Under the pieces are notes generated by a model, which was not told the origin of the DNA, did not search any database, and was given only the letters and a program-made list of their open reading frames with translations. The position numbers and the translations under genes are program-made. 64,000 bases of DNA from Eledone cirrhosa (Eukaryota): assembly GCA_964016885.1 (NCBI GenBank), contig OZ024765.1:11098001-11162000 (forward strand). The letters run 5' to 3'. Numbering within the stretch: position 1 is the first letter of the stretch; the number at the start of each line of letters is the position of its first letter. Positions 57,180 through 64,000 of this stretch are shown one piece after another.

Positions 57180-57552
57180 TAATTGTTTCTACTTTTGGCA
57201 CAAGGCCAGCAATTATCCCATTGTATTACTGGTACTTTATTTTATCGCCCCCGTAAGGATGAAAGGCAAAGTTAACCTCGGCGGGATTTGAACTCAGAAC
57301 GTAAAGGGTCGTAACTCTATGCCGCTAAGCCTATAATAATGATTTCTTGTATAGGCACAAAGCCAGTAATTTGGGGGAGGGAGGGGGGAAAGTTGTTTAA
57401 ATTGACCCCAGTGTATTACTGGTACTTTATTTTATCGACCCCGTAAGCATGAAAGGCAAAGTTAAGTTCGGCGGGATTTGAACTCAGAATGTAAAGGTCC
57501 ATAACTCTATGCTGCAAAGCATGTTATCTGACGCTCTACCGATACTGCCAAT
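57180..57552 (-). mobile_element. Two SINE copies
   Basis: ggatttgaactcag B box (reverse strand) and the central domain. Confidence 0.85.
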
Positions 57553-57595
57553 GATGATGATGATGACAATAATGATGACAATGATGACGTTGATA

Positions 57596-57626
<31 letters not shown>

Positions 57627-57769
57627 CGATAACAACAAGGACAGATGAAGGTGATGAGAGAAATGATTTTTATCTTTTTTAAGAACTGGAAATTGATTAA
57701 GACGTTATCATAATTTTTGAGATAACTAAACGAGATACCATGCGGCTTTATCAAATTCTTCCACTATTA

Positions 57770-58312
57770 TCTCGTTAATTTTTTCTGGTTTTTACCTGAA
57801 AAGGAAAATCATGGTGGAGGGGGAAGTGCTGTCTTCCAGCCAGTTTGGTGAAAGATGGGCGAGAGAGGCAAGAATGGCCTGTATTAATGGGCCAGCTCTG
57901 AGCATGTGCCTGTAGGTTGGAGATGGAAAACTGGGAGAGAGCACTTGCTCTTGTGGTCAGGGTGACTGTGGCTTTTGTGGGCTTTCTCCATGAGAAGTGC
58001 TACTTTCCAGCCAGTTTGGGGAAAGATGGGCGAGAGAGGCAAGAATGGCCTGTATTAATGGGCCAGCTCTGAGCATGTGCCTGTAGATTGGAGGTGAAAA
58101 ACCGGGAGAGAGCACTTGCCCTGGTGGTCCGGGTGACTGTAGCTTTTTAAGGCTTTCTCCACGAGTAACCCTTGGTGGTCTTGCTCCTATTGGAGATTAT
58201 TCCTCTGTTCCCTTTTCTTTTTTTTTACACACAGAAACCCATATTTGTACCGTCTAATGTATTTTTCGTAAACCTCTTGTGGTTGATAAAGAAATCATTA
58301 TTATTATTATTA
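57770..58312 (+). mobile_element. L1/Tx1-type LINE 3' end with a ~175-bp tandem duplication
   Basis: FYLKRKIMVEGEVLSSSQFGERWAREARMACINGPALSMCL*, then a UTR ending gataaagaaatc(att)n. Confidence 0.6.
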
Positions 58313-58318
58313 ATAGTA

Positions 58319-58515
58319 GGGCGGTGGATTGGCAGTATTGGTAGAGGGTTGGACACCATGCTTTGCAGCAAAGAGTTACGGCCCTTTATGGTCTGAGTTC
58401 AAATCCCGCTGCGGTTAACTTTGCTTTTCATCGTAACGGGGGTTGATAAAATAAAGTACCAGTAATACACTGGGGTAATTCCTGGCCTTGTGCCAAAAGT
58501 AGAAACAATTATTAT
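58319..58515 (+). mobile_element. SINE related to 16176
   Basis: gggcggtggattggcag...gagttcaaatccc...agaaacaatt. Confidence 0.85.
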
Positions 58516-59179
58516 TATCATTATCCTCAGATTGCCCATAGAAAAAGGGGAAATAAAAACTAAGTATGAAACCATCATCATCATCATCACCAACTTTAAC
58601 ACTAACACTACCATCATCACCTCTATCTCCACCACAACTACTACCCCCATCACCACCATGAACACCTACAACACCATCATCATCATCACCAGCAACAAGA
58701 CTACCATCAACACCAACACCATCATCATCATCACCACCATCACCACCATCATCACCAACATGACTACAATCAACACCCCCATCATCACCAACAAGACTAC
58801 CATCAACACCCCCATCATCATCATCACCATCACCAACAAGGCTACCATCAACACCTCCATTAGCATCATCACCACCACCAACAAGACTACCATCAACACC
58901 AACACCACCCTTAACATCATCACCACCATCACCATCAACACCAGCACTACCAACATCACCATCAACACCAGCACCAACACTACCATCACAACATCACCAC
59001 GAACACCAGCACCAACGCTACCATGATAACCAACACATTCTCAACCACCACTGCCACCCCATCACTACACCTACCCCCACCCCACCACCACCACCATCAT
59101 TGCACCATTAACTTCAACAGACGTAGGAGATGTCATTTTTCATTGTTGAAGTAACATGGACGTGGGGGTGCGGGGGGCA

Positions 59180-59770
59180 GAGGAGATAGAGGAGAGAGAG
59201 GAGAGAAGACAAAGAGAGGGAAGAGAGGGCAAAGAGAGGGGAGAGAGAGAGAGAGGAGAGCATGGAGAGAGGGAAGAAGAGAGAGAAAGAGGAGAGCATG
59301 GAGAGAGGGAAGAAGAGAGAGAAAGAGGAGAGTGTGGAGAGAGGGAAGAGAGAGAGAGGAGAGTGTGGAGAGAGGGAAGAAGAGAGAGAGAGAGACGAGA
59401 GCATGGAGAGAGGGAAGAAGAGAGAGAGGAGAGCATGAAGAGAGGGAAGAAGAGAGAGAGAGGAGAGTGTGGAGAGAGGGAAGAAGAGAGAGAGAGAGAG
59501 GAGAGCATGGAGAGAGGGAAGAGAGAGAGAGAGGAGAGCACGGAGAGAGGGAAGAAGAGAGAGAAAGAGGAGAGCGTGGAGAGAGGGAAGAAGAGAGAGA
59601 GAGGAGAGTGTGGAGAAAGGGAAGAAGAGAGAGAGAGGAGAGTGTGGAGAAAGGGAAGAGAGAGAGAGAGAGAGGAGAGCGTGGAGAGAGGGAAGAAGAA
59701 GAGAGAGGGGAGAGTGAGAGGAGAGAAGACAGTGTGGAGAGGGAGAGAGGCAGAGCAGAGAGGGGGAAGA
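59180..59770. repeat. Polypurine (AG-rich) ~33-bp minisatellite
   Basis: ggagagagggaagaagagagagagaggagag units. Confidence 0.9.
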
Positions 59771-59909
59771 GGTATAAAATTGAACCTAGATTTATAACTC
59801 TGTTGCCTCATTTATCAAATCTGTTGACAACATAACAGAGAGAGAAACAACAAACATGTTTTGTTTTTGTTTTGTTTGGTTGGGATATGGTTTGGCTGTA
59901 GGAACTGGC

Positions 59910-59969
<60 letters not shown>

Positions 59970-59973
<4 letters not shown>

Positions 59974-60070
59974 AACAAGTATGACCCCGACGGCAGAGCT
60001 CAAGCCGTTTCGACGGCTAATTCTGGACAAAACGGCTTGAGCTCTGCCGTCGGGGTCATACTTGTTCCTA
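59970..60070. repeat. Perfect ~41-bp inverted repeat containing the 3' half of a hammerhead
   Basis: taggaacaagtatgaccccgacggcagagctcaagccgttt / aaacggcttgagctctgccgtcggggtcatacttgttccta. Confidence 0.9.
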
Positions 60071-60169
60071 TTACCCACTCTACTACCCTAAGTATTGAGT
60101 ACTTTGGTTCGTTATGGTCCATCTGGTTCCTTACCACATTTCCTTCGTTATATATATATATATATAACG

Positions 60170-60220
<51 letters not shown>

Positions 60221-60337
60221 CAAAAGGGATATTTAATTTGTTGGTAATTCAACAAATATATATGTTTATAACTGATTTGAAGCACTCGACAGGTTTTCTG
60301 GGGTATAATATCAACGATATTAAATAAATGGAAACTA

Positions 60338-60397
60338 TATTTATTCTATTATATATATTTCAAGGGTACCCTTGAAATATATATAATAGAATAAATA
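60338..60397. repeat. Spacerless palindrome centred on GGTACC; relative of the 10943 fold-back family
   Basis: atatttattctattatatatatttcaagggt|acccttgaaatatatataatagaataaatat; shared aaatggaaactatattta flanks. Confidence 0.85.
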
Positions 60398-60639
60398 TGG
60401 TTTTATAAATATAGTTTCCATTTATTAATATCATTGACATATATATATATATATATATATCCAAAATTTATCCAAAATTAAATTAAGGGTGTCATGTCAG
60501 AGAGACATGCGCCATATCCACTGTAGAATATGCTCCAAGATTCCAATGAATAGATCCGAGCATTTTACAAATTATTCCGTGATTGTTTCATGTTTATTTT
60601 AGATATATATATGTCAATCAATTTCTAGTTGATATATAT

Positions 60640-60671
<32 letters not shown>

Positions 60672-60750
60672 GTGTGTTTAATGGTAGCTATGATGCTTCC
60701 ATAGGTGGTATGCCAGTTGAGCACTCTATGTTCTTACAGAGCAGAGTGTG

Positions 60751-61054
60751 ATATAATATAAAACGAAAAATCAGTGATGCATCTGGACTTAGTTTATTGT
60801 GTGTTACAATTGTTTCGCCGGCAGATAGCTCGAGGCACGATCTTTGTAGGGGTCTGTCTGATTCTAGATCTGAAGCTAACACCCCAGTGAGAAAGTTTGT
60901 TCCGAAAGTATTGCATCTGTCCGAAGAAGCTGCAGATCTAGAATCAGACAGATCCATACAATGATCGTGTCTCGAGCTATCTGCCGGCGAAACAATTGTA
61001 ACACACAATAAACTGAGTCCAGATGCATCACTGATTTTTCGTTTTATATTATAT
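60751..61054. mobile_element. Fold-back element, ~127-bp arms, with a long-stem-II hammerhead-like motif (60918-61003)
   Basis: tgt-CCGAAGA-agctgcagat...atctgccggc-GAAA-C-AATT-G-TA-aca; the core has U4>C. Confidence 0.7.
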
Positions 61055-61505
61055 TATATATATATATATATACACACACACATTTTCAGCTGAGTATACT
61101 GGAGCAATGTTAAATGAAGTGTTTTGCTCAAGAACACAACTCACAACCTAACCAGGAATCAAACCCACGACATTATGATCATAAGTCTAACACCCTTACC
61201 ACTAGGCCACGTGTTTCCACTAGTGAGCGTACTTTATTTTATCGACCCTGTAAGGTTGAAAGGCAAAGCCCAACCTCAGCAAGATTTGAACTGAGAACGT
61301 AAATGTTTATCTCTATTTTTTATGTATTTTTCCATGGTGTATATTTGTTTATGTTATTCAGATAACTGATACTAATATCATGGTGAATATGAATAAACTC
61401 TTTTTAGGAATTCTGAGGCGGACATCTTGCAATGAGAGTAACCTGCAAACAATGACTGCTATTTGTCAAAAGTATGTATGTATGTGCGTGTGCATGTGTA
61501 AATAT

Positions 61506-61537
<32 letters not shown>

Positions 61538-61607
61538 TGCCTGAAGATCCTGTGAATGTGTAGGAGAAACTCCAGAGCAACAAGACTCACTACTTAGCCA
61601 TAATAAA

Positions 61608-61662
<55 letters not shown>

Positions 61663-62149
61663 GTATATATGTGTGTGTGTGGGGGGGGGGGAGGGGTTCG
61701 AGACAATTGTGCAGATTCGCTTAGCTAAGTTAAATGGAATATTGGTACAGGTGTGTGTTGGGTGTTTACTTACATATATATACACATACATACACACACA
61801 CATTATATATATATATATATATATATACATAGATATATTCATATATATACACATACATACATACATACATACATACACACAAATAGATACACACATCCAG
61901 TTGAAAATATCTGAAAAACTGTTTTTCTACCCCAGGTAATGGGGTGGAACTTTAAACAATGTGAAAGTTTTCTGTTACTAAAACTGGAACAATACATAAA
62001 AGGAGGAAATAGTATTAATAATAATAATAATAATAGTAATAATAACAACACAAAGGTGTGTTTTTTGTTTGTTTGTCTAAGGTAATCTGGTTAAAAAATA
62101 GTTTTTCATGGAATTCTGACACAGACATCCATTTGCTTCAGCATATAAT

Positions 62150-62198
<49 letters not shown>

Positions 62199-62699
62199 GT
62201 AGTAATGATAATAATGATGATGATGATATTAAAAAGAAAATAGAGAAGAAAGGAGAAAGAGAATGTAGATGAGGAGGATGAGATAGAAGAAGACAAAGTT
62301 TGAAGAAAGACTGTAGAAGAAAAAGAAGGGGAGAAAAGAAAGAGAAGAAAAAGAAGTTAAAAGAGAATGGAGGAGGAGGAGGAGACGGAGAAGAGGTTAA
62401 AAGACACAGAAAGATAGAAGAGAGGAGGAGACGGAGAAGGTGAAGAAGAAGAGGAAGAAGTTAAAAGATAAAGGACGTAATGGAAGACATAGAAAGAAGA
62501 TAGGAGGAAGAGGAGGAGGTGGATGGTGAGGAGGAGGAGAAGAAGAAGAAGAATAAGAAGAAGAAGAAGAAGAAGAAAGAAAGATAGTAGTAGAAAAAGA
62601 GATGGGAGAAGAAAGATGATAAAAAAGGAGGTGGATGTGAGGAAGCATTACAAAATAATAGATTATAAGAGACTGTGTATACAATCATTAACCACTCAC

Positions 62700-62817
62700 C
62701 TAGCCAATAAAATAACACAACAGTAACTCTTACATAATCAATCCCCGACACTATGGCACCAACAATGAGTAAAGCTCCCATTCCATATAATTGCCACCCA
62801 TCAATATAAGACAAACC
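62700..62817 (-). CDS. Candidate internal coding exon of a membrane protein
   Basis: tttgtatag acceptor and consensus AG|GTGAGT donor; only one frame is open: GLSYIDGWQLYGMGALLIVGAIVSGIDYVRVTVVLFYWL. Confidence 0.4.
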
Positions 62818-63681
62818 CTATACAAACCCTCACATCACAACAAACACCCACAAACCAACTACAAAACACCACGCATTAAAACATACCATCACGTACTATA
62901 CACTTTTACTGTCCACCATAACACACCAACACATCACCACACACAACACACCACCACATACTATCCACCACAACACACAACATAACACCACCACACACAA
63001 TCACACAACACACCACCACATACTATCCACCACAACACACAACATAACACCACACGCACAACACACCACCACACACAATCACACAACACACTACCACATA
63101 CTATACACTATTAGTGTTCACCACAACACACCACCACACAACATCCTACCACACCACCTTATATACAGCATTACTGTCCATCAGAAGCCCACACACCATA
63201 ACACACTTCCACACAATGTCTGACCACACCACTGCACCACATAAACTCAACACACCTCCACACACCACGACACACTACCATACACCTCCACACACCACCA
63301 AACCCCACCACACACCTCCACACAATGTCTGACTACACCACCAATCCACATGAACCCAACAAAACACAACAGACCACCACACACCTCAACACACCACCAC
63401 ATACCTCGACACACCACCTCACACCTCGACACACCTCCACCCCGCCACACACCACCACATTCTACACACCATCATTATATACACCAACACCAAGTCACAC
63501 AACAACATCAATCACAGACCGCATCTAACCCCCCCCACCCCCTCCACCTCAAGACAAACATCACCAAACCAAATAACACAACTTACAATACACAGAACAG
63601 CTGAAATAATGAAAACTACAACAAAGACTTTTAAAATAAATCTCAGAACAAAGCAAAACAGGTGTACAAACATAAGTCCTC

Positions 63682-64000
63682 ATCATCATCATCATCATCA
63701 TCATCATCGTTTTTATGTCAGTTTTTCCCAACTTCCATGGATTGGGCAAGTCCTTTTCAGCACAGTTATGTCAGTTTTTCCCAACTTCCATGGTTTGGGT
63801 GAGTCCTTTTCAGCACAGTTATGTCAGTTTTTCCCAACTTCCATGGATTGGGCAAGTCCTTTTCAGCATAGCATCTCTCCACTCATTTCGTTCCCTAGTT
63901 ATCTCCTCTGTAAGTCTCAGCAATTTGGGATCAGCTTTCACCACCTCTGCCTAGGTCTTCCTCTACTGCAGCTTCCCACCACTTGTAGCGATCCTTCATC
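63682..64000 (-). mobile_element. RTE LINE 3' fragment with a triplicated 59-bp tail segment
   Basis: Similar to 38090-38260 on the reverse strand; (ATG)n tail at 63682-63708. Confidence 0.75.

Overview
This is AT-rich, microsatellite-saturated eukaryotic DNA. Its SINE, RTE and MITE families resemble those I recall from octopod cephalopods; that assignment comes from repeat content and was not verified. Almost all ORFs in the supplied track are artefacts of (TA)n, (CA)n, (ACC)n, (ATC)n and (AG)n repeats. Recognisable content: tRNA-derived SINEs of two head types; 3' fragments of RTE and L1/Tx1 LINEs; hAT and piggyBac-type MITEs; and at least ten minisatellites, many built from pieces of those transposons. 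The most striking signal is a set of short elements embedded in (TA)n, often as fold-back inverted duplications, that carry minimal type-I hammerhead ribozyme motifs (CUGANGA-stemII-GAAA-short stemIII-UH, with pairing stem I). There are at least five unrelated sequence families, as expected for Penelope-like pseudo-LTRs or retrozyme-like elements. No complete protein-coding gene is evident. Several unique islands have minus-strand splice signals: one open hydrophobic exon at 62700-62817 weakly resembles a CPA1/SLC9 transmembrane motif, and a chain of others carries in-frame stops.
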